NCBI GenBank assembly: GCA_039683575.1
Contig: JBDKRC010000057.1
Coordinates: 1-22,216, forward strand
Direction: 5' to 3'
From: Armatimonadia bacterium
GTDB taxonomy: Bacteria > Armatimonadota > Zipacnadia > Zipacnadales > UBA11051
DNA length: 22,216 nucleotides
Below the pieces are notes generated by a model, which was given only the letters and a program-made list of their open reading frames with translations, did no database searches and was not told the DNA's origin. Position numbers and translations under genes: made by a program. This document shows, piece by piece, positions 8,419 to 16,908 of the stretch; the first letter of the stretch is position 1; each line of letters starts with the position of its first letter.

Positions 8419-9423
8419 CTACGCCTTCTTCAGCCAGGGCATCATGGCCCGCAGCCTCTGCCCTACTTCCACGATCGGGTGCTCGTCGCCCTCGCGCAGC
8501 AGCGCGTTGAAGCACGGGCGGCCGGTCATGTTCTCGAGAATCCATTCCTTGGCGAAGGAACCGTCCTGCACCTCACGCAGCATCTCCCACATCTCGTCAC
8601 GGGTCTCGTCGGTGATGATGCGCTTGCCGCGGCTCAGGTCGCCATACTCGGCGGTGTCCGACACGCGCCGCCGCATGCCCTCGATGCCGAAGTTGTGGAT
8701 CAGGTCCAGGATCAGGCCCAGCTCGTGGCAGACCTCAAAGTAAGCGATCTCCGGCTGGTACCCGGCCTCGACGAGGGTGTCAAAACCCGCGATGATGAGT
8801 TCAGACACGCCGCCGCACAGCACCGCCTGCTCGCCGAACAAGTCGGTCTCGGTCTCTTCGGCGAAGGTCGTCTCGAGGATACCCGCCTTGGAGGCCTTCA
8901 GGCCCTTGCCATAGGCCAGCGCGAGCTTCATCGCGTTGCCGGTGGCGTCCTGGTAGATCGCGACCAGCGACGGCACGCCGGTGTCGGCGATGTAGCACTG
9001 GCGCACGAGCGCGCCGGGGCCCTTCGGGGCGATCATGAAGACGTCAACATCCTTGGGCGGCACGATCTGGCCGTAGTGGATGTTGAAGCCGTGCGAGAAA
9101 ATGAGCGCCTTGCCGGCGGTCAGGTTCGGCTCGATGAAAGCCTTGTAGACCGACGCCTGGATGTGATCCTGGGTCAGGATCTGGATCAGGTCGGCCTGCT
9201 TAGTGGCGGTGGCGGAGTCCACGACGTCCCAGCCGTCGTCAATGGCGATCTGATAGTTCGGGGACGCCTGGATCTCGGACACGACAACGTCGAGCCCGCT
9301 GTCGCGCAAGCAAAGCGCCTGCGCGCGGCCCTGAATGCCGTAGCCGATGATCGCAATCTTCTTGCCCTTCAGCACGCTCAAGTCCGCGTCATTGTCGTAG
9401 TACATCTTGGGTCCTTCAGACAT
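8419..9423 (-). CDS. ilvC: ketol-acid reductoisomerase (class I)
   Basis: Motifs '[12 protein letters not shown]', 'FSHGFNIH', 'MIAPKGPG', '[16 protein letters not shown]' and 'SDTAEYG'. Start ATG 9423 with GAGGAGG RBS. Confidence 0.97.
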   Translation of the reverse strand: MSEGPKMYYDNDADLSVLKGKKIAIIGYGIQGRAQALCLRDSGLDVVVSEIQASPNYQIAIDDGWDVVDSATATKQADLIQILTQDHIQASVYKAFIEPNLTAGKALIFSHGFNIHYGQIVPPKDVDVFMIAPKGPGALVRQCYIADTGVPSLVAIYQDATGNAMKLALAYGKGLKASKAGILETTFAEETETDLFGEQAVLCGGVSELIIAGFDTLVEAGYQPEIAYFEVCHELGLILDLIHNFGIEGMRRRVSDTAEYGDLSRGKRIITDETRDEMWEMLREVQDGSFAKEWILENMTGRPCFNALLREGDEHPIVEVGQRLRAMMPWLKKA

Positions 9424-9447
9424 GGGAAGCCTCCTCAATAGTGGGCG

Positions 9448-9816
9448 CTACACTGCGCCTTCCTTATGTTCGTCTCTGGGCGCGTTGCGCACAAACACCC
9501 GCCCGTAGATGATGCCGAGAATAATGCCAACCACTGCAAACAACCCGATATTGGCCCAAAGCACCGCCGTCCGATGCAGCCCCACATACCCCGTCTGCGG
9601 GTCATAGCGGATCAGGTAACTGTAGAGCAGCCACAGACCATAGATGACCGGGCCCAACAGCCCGATTGCGAGGCCTTTCGCCAGCCCCTCCACCAGAGCC
9701 TTCCTCGCCGCGCCGACAGCCCCGCCAACCAGCAACCCCAGAACGGGCAGCACAACCGCCAGCCACTTGATAACCAGCGCAAACTTGTTAAGATCAATGA
9801 TTTCGTGCATTGTCAA
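9448..9816 (-). CDS. small membrane protein (about 3 TM helices), hypothetical
   Basis: Three hydrophobic segments; tightly packed and co-oriented within the ilv operon. Confidence 0.75.
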   Translation of the reverse strand: MTMHEIIDLNKFALVIKWLAVVLPVLGLLVGGAVGAARKALVEGLAKGLAIGLLGPVIYGLWLLYSYLIRYDPQTGYVGLHRTAVLWANIGLFAVVGIILGIIYGRVFVRNAPRDEHKEGAV

Positions 9817-9822
9817 TCGCGT

Positions 9823-10512
9823 CTATCCGAGGTACTTGCTCATGAAGCTGCGAATGCCATCGATCATCCGAGCCACTGCTGTGGGATCAATCACATCATG
9901 GTGACGTCCGCTCTCGTCTACCGTCAAAATATCTTCGGAGTTGCTGAGCCGACCATGGTCTACATCATTTCGCAAATCGCCCCAACTCCTAATCTCGCTC
10001 CACTGTGGCTGGTTATAGACGCTTTGGCTTTTGAGGCCCTCATTGAGGAAATTGATGCCACTGTCGCGTTTGGCGATGTTGCCCACATGAGACGTGTAGA
10101 GTTTGCGCAGTGTGTCCTCAAGCACGCCTCCACAGAGGGAAACAGCAGCCAAATGGAATCCATCCCTATGGAGATGCTCTGCCATCGATAGCAGATCGTC
10201 GAATGCTTCAGACAGTATTGCGTCGCGAAGCCGATCGAATCCGCTTACGTAATGATCTCGCGCGGCTTCAACTATGGCGAGACAGAACGACGGACGTGCT
10301 ACTTCCGGCGTCTCCAACTCCTTATTCAGCTTCTCGTAGAAGACGTCCTTGTTTGACTTCAGCGCATCAATCAGCGCCAAAGCCTTCGTGGCAGCGCCAA
10401 GAGTCCTGGCAGCATTCGCCGGATCATAGCCTGTTACACGGCTAGGCTCCGGCAGCCCCTGCAACTCAGAGGCAATTTCCCGGAACCGAGTGTCCAAGTC
10501 CTGCCTAGTCAT
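9823..10512 (-). CDS. HEPN-superfamily (DUF4145-like) protein with R-X4-H motif
   Basis: 'AEHLHRDGFHLAAVSLCGGVLEDTLRKL' helix and 'DLRNDVDHG' motif; GGGGG RBS-like sequence; lower GC than neighbours. Confidence 0.75.
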   Translation of the reverse strand: MTRQDLDTRFREIASELQGLPEPSRVTGYDPANAARTLGAATKALALIDALKSNKDVFYEKLNKELETPEVARPSFCLAIVEAARDHYVSGFDRLRDAILSEAFDDLLSMAEHLHRDGFHLAAVSLCGGVLEDTLRKLYTSHVGNIAKRDSGINFLNEGLKSQSVYNQPQWSEIRSWGDLRNDVDHGRLSNSEDILTVDESGRHHDVIDPTAVARMIDGIRSFMSKYLG

Positions 10513-10551
10513 GATGGCCCCCTGTACAGTGCGTAGACAACTCTGCTTGGC

Positions 10552-11193
10552 CTACCGTCCCGCCCGCCTAAGCAACTCCTCCACATCCACCCCGTTGATC
10601 GTCATCCCCCGAATGTTGCAGCCTTCCAGCCGCACGTTGCTCATATCCGTTCCCCAAAAGTACGCCCCGCGCATCGAGCCGCGGTCGAACCTCGTTCCGT
10701 CCAGGTCACACGAGTTGAGCCGCGCCTCGTCCATCTCGCACCAGTCCAGCCGCAGGTATGGCATCTCGCAGTTCTCGAAGCGGCTGTCGCGGAACTCGCA
10801 CCGCTCGAACCGGCTGCCCCGCAGGTCGCTGGATTTCCAGGTCTGCTCCTGCGCCTCACAGCGCTCAAAGGTCAAGTCCTTTAGGCTGACTCCCGTGAAC
10901 TGGCTACCATCAAGCAATCCACGCTCAAACTTCGCCTGTTTCAGCTCCGCCTCGCTCGCCAGCAGCCCCGGCAGCTTCACCTGGCGCAGGCTCAGCCCAG
11001 GCAACTCGGAACTCTCCACACTCATCTCATCCCCGCGAGCACCCCGCATGCTGGCCTTCTCAAAGACACAGTCCGTGAAGCTCGCCCGAGTCAAGTCGCA
11101 CTTGTTGAACTTCGTCTCTTTCAGGTCCCGACCCTCAAACTGCGCCCAAACCGGCAGCGCCACGACCATCAGCAACCAGATCCCGTGTCGCAT
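10552..11193 (-). CDS. pentapeptide repeat protein with N-terminal signal peptide
   Basis: Regular 5-residue periodicity (CDLTR ASFTD CVFEK ASMRG...); typical C-terminal 'GMTINGVDVEELL'; leader MRHGIWLLMVVALPVWA. Confidence 0.9.
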   Translation of the reverse strand: MRHGIWLLMVVALPVWAQFEGRDLKETKFNKCDLTRASFTDCVFEKASMRGARGDEMSVESSELPGLSLRQVKLPGLLASEAELKQAKFERGLLDGSQFTGVSLKDLTFERCEAQEQTWKSSDLRGSRFERCEFRDSRFENCEMPYLRLDWCEMDEARLNSCDLDGTRFDRGSMRGAYFWGTDMSNVRLEGCNIRGMTINGVDVEELLRRAGR

Positions 11194-11214
11194 CTGTCTC
11201 TCGCCTCTTCTGAA

Positions 11215-11242
11215 CCTGATCCCTGAAACCTGGTACCTGCCT
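11215..11242 (-). repeat. heptamer run (CCTGNNN)x4 directly after the ilvN stop
   Basis: cctgatc-cctgaaa-cctggta-cctgcct, abutting the stop codon at 11243-11245. Confidence 0.7.
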
Positions 11243-11728
11243 CTACGTCTTCTGCATCCCTCGCGTCAGCACGACCTTGCCGGTTCGCACCATCTCGCTG
11301 ATGCCAAACTCGCGCAGGTTGGCCACGAAGGCATCCACCTTCCCGGAATCCCCTACGACCTGCAGAATCAGCGTCCCGTTGCCAATATCCACGACGTCGG
11401 CGCGGAAGATCTGGCAAAGCTGCAGGATGTCGGTCCGGCGCTCGCGGGTTCCCTCGAGCTTGACCATACACAGTTCCCTCTCGACTACCGCCTCACCTGT
11501 ATGGTCTATGACCGTTTGCACATCATGGAGCTTGGAAAGCTGCTTGACGATCTGCGCGAGGGTCGCGTCGTCTTCGCCCACCACGATTGTGATCCGCGAG
11601 ACGCTCTCGTCCTGGGTGGTGCTAACGGTGAGGCTCTCGATGTTGAAGCCACGCCGGGCGAATAGACCGGCGACGCGGGTCAGGACCCGCGGTCGGTTCT
11701 TCACTAGAGCGGAGATGGTATGTTTCAT
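11243..11728 (-). CDS. ilvN: acetolactate synthase small (regulatory) subunit
   Basis: 'ISALVKNRPRVLTRVAGLFARRGFNIESL' ACT domain; 'ERELCMVK'; 'EMVRTG'; GGAGG RBS. Confidence 0.97.
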   Translation of the reverse strand: MKHTISALVKNRPRVLTRVAGLFARRGFNIESLTVSTTQDESVSRITIVVGEDDATLAQIVKQLSKLHDVQTVIDHTGEAVVERELCMVKLEGTRERRTDILQLCQIFRADVVDIGNGTLILQVVGDSGKVDAFVANLREFGISEMVRTGKVVLTRGMQKT

Positions 11729-11767
11729 TGCTCAGCCTCCCATTATGTGCGCGCGGGGAACAACTCG

Positions 11768-12493
11768 TCAGCTTCCGGTGCAGATACTCAACCTGTGGCC
11801 TGCCCAGGCCCCTGCCCCCGTCCCATGTTGCACTTTCACTCGCTCCGGCGTCTCCGCGTAGATGGCGTAGCGGTCATTGCCATTGCGCAGGAGCACCTTC
11901 GCCCCCGCCAGCAGACCGTTTGTTATGTCCTCATGGAAAGTCATCGGCACGCGCGCTTCGGACAACTGCTCTGCGGCCTGCTCCTCGGTCCCGAAATACC
12001 GTGTGGACTTGCCGCCGAAGTCATACGAGATCGGCCTGGCGTCCGGCATCTGGTCGGTGAATACCGCCAGCACCTCCGCCGGCAGCCCCTTCTGCTTCTC
12101 GATCAGATAGCACTGCGCGTAGCGGAAACGATTGTTGCGCTGCAGCACCAGGGCGTGGTAGTCGTACCCGTCCCAGACGTACTCACCGGCCTTAAGCGAG
12201 GCGTCCCGCATCGTGTAGTCGGGCGACGTGAGTACTGAAACCAGGTAGATGCCCGGACCGACCCGTACCTCCAGCGGCACCCGGCCGCGATAGTACTTCC
12301 CGGCGAAGGCGCTGAGCCCAATCTCCGAGCTGCTGCTTTCACCCACGCCGATAGCGCTCTGTGGCGTCACATACACCTGCGCCCCCACTGCCCCGTAGGC
12401 ATATACCCGCAGCGGCTCATCGGCGGCCCAGCTCGCCGTCAAAGAGGCCAGCGCGACCCCGGCCAGCAGCAATCGCCAAGTCAGGAGCTTCAT
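11768..12493 (-). CDS. secreted hypothetical protein with PEGA-like N-terminal domain
   Basis: Signal peptide MKLLTWRLLLAGVALASLTASWA; 'GAQVYV...GRVPLEVRVGPGIYLVSV' resembles the PEGA consensus; GAGGAG RBS overlapping the ilvB stop. Confidence 0.75.
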   Translation of the reverse strand: MKLLTWRLLLAGVALASLTASWAADEPLRVYAYGAVGAQVYVTPQSAIGVGESSSSEIGLSAFAGKYYRGRVPLEVRVGPGIYLVSVLTSPDYTMRDASLKAGEYVWDGYDYHALVLQRNNRFRYAQCYLIEKQKGLPAEVLAVFTDQMPDARPISYDFGGKSTRYFGTEEQAAEQLSEARVPMTFHEDITNGLLAGAKVLLRNGNDRYAIYAETPERVKVQHGTGAGAWAGHRLSICTGS

Positions 12494-12506
12494 CTGTGCT
12501 TACTCC

Positions 12507-14273
12507 TCAGTGCCCGGCCTCCCGGGGGCATTCGCCCGCCGGTGTGCAGCCGCAACCTTCAGAGTGCGAGTACGCACCTTTGTGGCTCACGGTCGGCTGC
12601 AGCATGGTTTCCTCGATGCTCTGGCCGCCGGGAATCATCGGGAACACGTTCTCTTCACGCGCCACGTGGAAATTCATGATCACTGGCCGGTCGTTGACTT
12701 CCATCGCCTTTTCGATGATGCCTGTCACTTCATCCGGGTTGCCGGTCTCAAAGCCGACGCTGTCATAGGCCTCCGCCAGCTTCACAAAGTCCGGCAGGTT
12801 ACACAGGTTCACGCCGGAGTACCGCTTGTCATAGAACAGGTCCTGCCACTGGCGCACCATGCCCAAAAAGCAGTTGTTCAGGATCACGATCTTCACGGGC
12901 AGGTTGTTGTGCCGGCCGGTGGCCATCTCCTGGATGTTCATCTGGATTGAGCCATCACCGGCAATGTTGACCACTGTCTTATCCGGGTTGCCGAACTGCG
13001 CCCCGAGGGCCGCCGGATGGCCGTAACCCATGGTCCCCAGCCCGCCGGAGGAGAGCCAGTGCCGCGGCTTGTCGATCTTCATGTACTGCGCCGCCCACAT
13101 CTGGTGCTGTCCCACTTCTGTGCAGACGATGGCGTCGCCCTTCACGATCTCGTACAGCTTCTCAAGCACGAACTGCGGCGGCATGCCATCATTGCCCCAC
13201 GTGTAAGACAGGGGCATCTCCCGCTTCTTCTGCACCAGCGCTTCTTCCCACGCCGTCCGCTTACGGGGCTTGAGCAGCGGGATCATCGCTTCCAGTGCCG
13301 TGCGGGCGTCTGACACGATCGGCACTTCCGCCACACGGATCTTGTCAATCTCCGCGGCGTCCACGTCCACATGGATGACCTTGGTGCCCGGGGAGAACCG
13401 CCGGGTGTCCCCGACGACCCTGTCATCGAAGCGCGCGCCCAACACCAGCATCACGTCACACTCGTGCAGCGCCCAACTGGCAGACGCATGGCCGTGCATG
13501 CCGGGCATGCCCATGGCTAGCTCCGAAGTCTCCGGGAAGCCGCCCTTACCGTTGAGAGTGTTCACGACGGCGATGTTGCACACGTCCGACATCTGCTTGA
13601 CCAGGCCGGACGCGCCGGAGGAGATCACGCCGCCGCCGATGTAGATGAGAGGGCGCTCGGCTTTGTTGATCAGGTCCGCCGCTCGCTCGACGTCACCCGC
13701 GTCAGGCAACAGTGGCTCTTGATAGCCATCCAGGGCCTTGATGTCCCGGTCCGGATAGGGCACGAGCGCCTTCTGGATGTCCGCGGGCAGGTCAATGAGC
13801 ACGGGCCCGGGCCGGCCGCTGCGCGCCAGCAGGAAGGCCTCGCGCACCGTATTCACCAACTCGGCCTCATCGGTTACGAGGTAGTTGTGCTTGGTCACAG
13901 GCATCGTGATGCCGGTGATGTCGGCTTCCTGAAAGGAGTCCCGGCCGATGGCCGCCCGCGGCACCTGTCCCGTGATTGCCACCATCGGGATCGAGTCCAT
14001 GTAGGCAGTCGCAATGCCCGTTACGAGGTTGGTTGCGCCCGGGCCACTGGTCGCCACACACACGCCGACTCTGCCGGTCGAGCGCGAGTAGCCGTCCGCC
14101 ATATGGGCCGCGCCCTGCTCGTGCCGAGGGAGGATCCCTTTGATCGGGAAATCGTACAGAGCATCAAAGAAGGGGATGATCTGCCCGCCCGGATACCCGA
14201 ACAGGATATCCACTCCCTCTTCCTGAAGCACGTTCAGCACGGCGAGCGCGCCGGACATTGGTTGCTTTGACAT
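12507..14273 (-). CDS. ilvB: acetolactate synthase large subunit (biosynthetic)
   Basis: Motifs 'FGYPGG', 'RHEQGAAHMADGY', 'TSGPGATN', 'GARFDDRV' and the ThDP motif 'GDGS...NN'. Start ATG 14273 with GGAGG RBS. Confidence 0.97.
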   Translation of the reverse strand: MSKQPMSGALAVLNVLQEEGVDILFGYPGGQIIPFFDALYDFPIKGILPRHEQGAAHMADGYSRSTGRVGVCVATSGPGATNLVTGIATAYMDSIPMVAITGQVPRAAIGRDSFQEADITGITMPVTKHNYLVTDEAELVNTVREAFLLARSGRPGPVLIDLPADIQKALVPYPDRDIKALDGYQEPLLPDAGDVERAADLINKAERPLIYIGGGVISSGASGLVKQMSDVCNIAVVNTLNGKGGFPETSELAMGMPGMHGHASASWALHECDVMLVLGARFDDRVVGDTRRFSPGTKVIHVDVDAAEIDKIRVAEVPIVSDARTALEAMIPLLKPRKRTAWEEALVQKKREMPLSYTWGNDGMPPQFVLEKLYEIVKGDAIVCTEVGQHQMWAAQYMKIDKPRHWLSSGGLGTMGYGHPAALGAQFGNPDKTVVNIAGDGSIQMNIQEMATGRHNNLPVKIVILNNCFLGMVRQWQDLFYDKRYSGVNLCNLPDFVKLAEAYDSVGFETGNPDEVTGIIEKAMEVNDRPVIMNFHVAREENVFPMIPGGQSIEETMLQPTVSHKGAYSHSEGCGCTPAGECPREAGH

Positions 14274-14380
14274 GGTAGTACCTCCAGATCCGCCGGAACT
14301 CAAAGAGCTCGGGGCCCATGATCACGATCCTGCTTCGGCTCCGAAACGTCGTTGCCTCCCCTGACCCCTGCCATTTGGGA

Positions 14381-14706
14381 GGGGTCACTGCCCCGGACGG
14401 CCCCCCAACACGCGTGTCATTCTGAGGAGCGTCGTTTGCGACGAAGAATCTCCGGCCCCCACCAAGCCCCGAGATCCTTCACTTCGTTCAGGATGACAAC
14501 CTCGTACGCCAGCAGTCCCTGACCCCTGATCCCTGCCGTTTCGGGGTCACTGCCCCCGACGGCCCCCCAACACGCGTGTCATTCTGAGGAGCGTCGTTTG
14601 CGACGAAGAATCTCCGGCCCCACCAAGCCACCGCGATCCTTCACTTCGTTCAGGATGACAACCTCGCACGCCAGCCGTCCCTGACCCCTGATCCCTGATC
14701 CCTGCC
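14381..14706. repeat. tandem duplication of a 162-bp unit, each carrying an 84-bp TGTCA...TGACA palindromic REP-like element and CCCTGAY heptamers
   Basis: Copies start at 14381 and 14543 (GGGGTCACTGCCCC) and are near-identical. Elements TGTCATTCTGAGGAGCGTCGTTTGCGACGAAGAATCTC...GATCCTTCACTTCGTTCAGGATGACA lie at 14415-14498 and 14577-14660. Confidence 0.93.
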
Positions 14707-14707
14707 T

Positions 14708-16369
14708 CTACTGCATTACTGCGCCCTTGGCCGCGCTGCTTACGCCCTTGGCATATCGCGCCAGCCAGCCGGTCTTGATCCGCGGCTCCGGCGCCACCCA
14801 CGCGGCCCGCCGCCGCGCCAACTCTGCCTCGTCCACCTGCAGGTCAAGCGTCCGCGCGTCGAGGTCCGCGGCAATGATGTCGCCATCCTGTACCAGCGCC
14901 AGAGGCCCGCCTGATGCCGCCTCGGGCGAAATGTGCCCGATGGACAGGCCCTGCGTCCCGCCGGAGAACCGGCCGTCGGTCAGCAGCCCCACCGTCTCGG
15001 CCTTGCCGATCCCGGCCAGCGCCGCCGTCGGGTTTAGCCCCTCGCGCATCCCGGGGCCGCCCTTGGGCCCTTCATAGCGCAGTACAATCCACGCCCCGTC
15101 GTCAACCTTCCCGTCCAGGATCGCCTTCATGACGTCTTCTTCGCAATCAAAGCACAGCGCCGGCCCGGTGAACTGCCGCATATGCGCCTTAACCGCCGAC
15201 TGCTTGATGACCGCACCCTCAGGGCACAGGCTCCCGCGCAGGATGGCAATGCCGCCCTCGTTGTGGTAGGCCCGGTTAAGCGGCCGAACGACCTCATGGT
15301 CGCTGATATGACCATCTGCGGCGATCTCACTGATCATCTTGCCGCTGCAGGTCACATTGTCATCCAGCATGTCCTTGATCACATTCAGGACGCCAGGGAT
15401 GCCGCCCGCCCATTCCAGGTCTTCCATGAAGTGCTCACCCGACGGCCGCAGATGGCAAAGCTGCGGCGTAACCTTTGAGAGCTCGTCGAAAGTCTCGAAC
15501 GCAATGTCCACGCCCGTCTCATACGCGATAGCCGGGATATGCAGGGTCGTATTGGTCGAACCACCAAGCACCATATCCATGCGGATGGCGTTGCGGATCG
15601 CCTGGGCGGTCATGATCTTGCGCGGGGTCAGGTCCTCGGCCACCATCCCGACGATGCGCTCACCGGACTCAAACCCGATTCGCTGCTTCTTGGCCATGCC
15701 GGCCAGCGCCGTAGCACAACCCGGCAGGCTCATCCCCATGGCCTCGGTCAGACACTGCATCGTGTTCGCGGTGTAAAGCCCCTGGCAGGAGCCGCAGCCA
15801 GGGCAAGCGGCAGCCTCAAGCGCCGCCAGTTCCTCATCGTCAATCTCGCCCGCACGGTACCGGCCCACGGCCTCAAACGTGTCCTTAACCAGGTCCAGCC
15901 GCCGCCCACGGTGCCGGCCGGTGATCATCGGCCCCGCGGTGACAACGATAGCCGGAATGTCCAGCCTCCCCGCCGCCATGAGCATCCCGGGGGTGATCTT
16001 GTCGCAGTCCGTCAGGAGCACCAGGCCGTCAAACCCGTGCGCCCGCGCCATGCTCTCGACGCTGTCCGCGATCAGCTCGCGGCTGGGCAGCGAGTAGTAC
16101 ATGCCCACATGCCCCATGGCGATTCCATCGCAGATGGCGGGCACGCCAAAGTTCATGGGTACGCCACCACCACTGCAGATGCCCTGCTCCACCGCGCGCC
16201 CAAGCTGCCCCAGCCCGATGTGTCCGGGTACAACGTCGCTCCAGGCATTGGCGATGCCGATGAAGGGCTTGGTCTTCAGTTGCTTCTCGGTATAGCCGCA
16301 AGCATAAAGCAGTGCCCGCGACGGTGCGCGAGTGTAACCTTCGACTACCGGACCGCTGTACTTCTTCAT
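14708..16369 (-). CDS. ilvD: dihydroxy-acid dehydratase
   Basis: Motifs '[10 protein letters not shown]', 'CDKITPG', '[16 protein letters not shown]', 'GGSTN', '[12 protein letters not shown]' and 'TDGRFSG'. Start ATG 16369 (MKKYS) with GGAGG RBS. Confidence 0.97.
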   Translation of the reverse strand: MKKYSGPVVEGYTRAPSRALLYACGYTEKQLKTKPFIGIANAWSDVVPGHIGLGQLGRAVEQGICSGGGVPMNFGVPAICDGIAMGHVGMYYSLPSRELIADSVESMARAHGFDGLVLLTDCDKITPGMLMAAGRLDIPAIVVTAGPMITGRHRGRRLDLVKDTFEAVGRYRAGEIDDEELAALEAAACPGCGSCQGLYTANTMQCLTEAMGMSLPGCATALAGMAKKQRIGFESGERIVGMVAEDLTPRKIMTAQAIRNAIRMDMVLGGSTNTTLHIPAIAYETGVDIAFETFDELSKVTPQLCHLRPSGEHFMEDLEWAGGIPGVLNVIKDMLDDNVTCSGKMISEIAADGHISDHEVVRPLNRAYHNEGGIAILRGSLCPEGAVIKQSAVKAHMRQFTGPALCFDCEEDVMKAILDGKVDDGAWIVLRYEGPKGGPGMREGLNPTAALAGIGKAETVGLLTDGRFSGGTQGLSIGHISPEAASGGPLALVQDGDIIAADLDARTLDLQVDEAELARRRAAWVAPEPRIKTGWLARYAKGVSSAAKGAVMQ

Positions 16370-16467
16370 GATGGCCTCCGTTACGTCGTTGGAGGGGCCG
16401 AGCTTCAGCCGGCCCGCCGTTATCACCGACAACCTCTCGCCCGCCCTCAACCCCACCCCACCCCAGA

Positions 16468-16762
16468 ATCAAAAAGACCCCTCATCCCATATGGGACGAG
16501 AGGTCACAGTGACTTCCCGCGGTACCACCCATGTTCCGACCGCTAACGCGGACGGCTCTTCAGCGCTTTGCCCAAAGAGACCGCAGGTCTCAAGGCAGCA
16601 CGCCATAGCGCAATATCGGGCGCACCCGGCGAGGGTTACTCGGGACACTTTCTCCCTCGCGGCTCAGGGGCGACGTTCAGCGGAATCTGGCGCCGGACTT
16701 CCAGCAGGTGCCCGGCTCTCTATAGCTCAGATCGTCCGCCTACTCCTCCCCTTCACAGCCAA
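16468..16762 (-). ncRNA. T-box riboswitch (class I, transcriptional), probable Val specifier GUC
   Basis: Minus strand: stem I GCUGUGAAGGGGAGGAGUAG...AGAGAG...GCUGGAA...GAAC-GUC-GCCCCUGAGC; stem II with GAAA/AGUA; T-box AACAUGGGUGGUACCGCG (core 16530-16518); antiterminator partner CGUCCC; downstream terminator hairpin plus U5. Confidence 0.95.
16471..16505 (-). terminator. T-box attenuator terminator
   Basis: GACCUCUCGUCCC-auau-GGGAUGAGGGGUC followed by UUUUU; its 5' arm overlaps the antiterminator 3' strand. Confidence 0.9.
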
Positions 16763-16783
16763 TCATGACCGAATTGTATGGCC

Positions 16784-16812
16784 AGTATAGTCGCAGCATG
16801 CTTCTTCGTCAA
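16784..16812 (-). promoter_or_regulatory. sigma70 promoter of the T-box/ilv operon
   Basis: Minus strand TTGACG-N17-TATACT, about 20 nt upstream of T-box stem I. Confidence 0.85.
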
Positions 16813-16908
16813 GGCAACCCCATCGAATTCTTCAGCGTCTACAGGCAGGACACGAGGGCTCGGCAGCCAACAATAACGTTAACATACTATTCAGCGGAGA
16901 TGATTGCC

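Noticed and set aside
8242-9441. 399-aa + strand ORF
   Set aside because: Antisense shadow of ilvC, expected from GC-rich codon bias.
10490-11665. 391-aa Ser/Arg-rich + strand ORF
   Set aside because: Antisense to the pentapeptide gene and ilvN; its periodicity just mirrors the pentapeptide repeats.
14164-14388. Leader-peptide attenuator ORF upstream of ilvB
   Set aside because: No run of Ile/Leu/Val codons and no terminator with a U-tract; the ORF overlaps ilvB out of frame, and regulation is already explained by the T-box.
14381-14706. CRISPR array
   Set aside because: Only two long units with near-identical sequence throughout, no unique spacers and no cas genes; better explained as a tandem REP duplication.
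15539-16546. 335-aa + strand ORF
   Set aside because: Antisense to ilvD and the T-box leader.
16765-16908. N-terminal extension of the GDPD ORF
   Set aside because: Overlaps the divergent ilv promoter and lacks an RBS; ATG 16909 has one.
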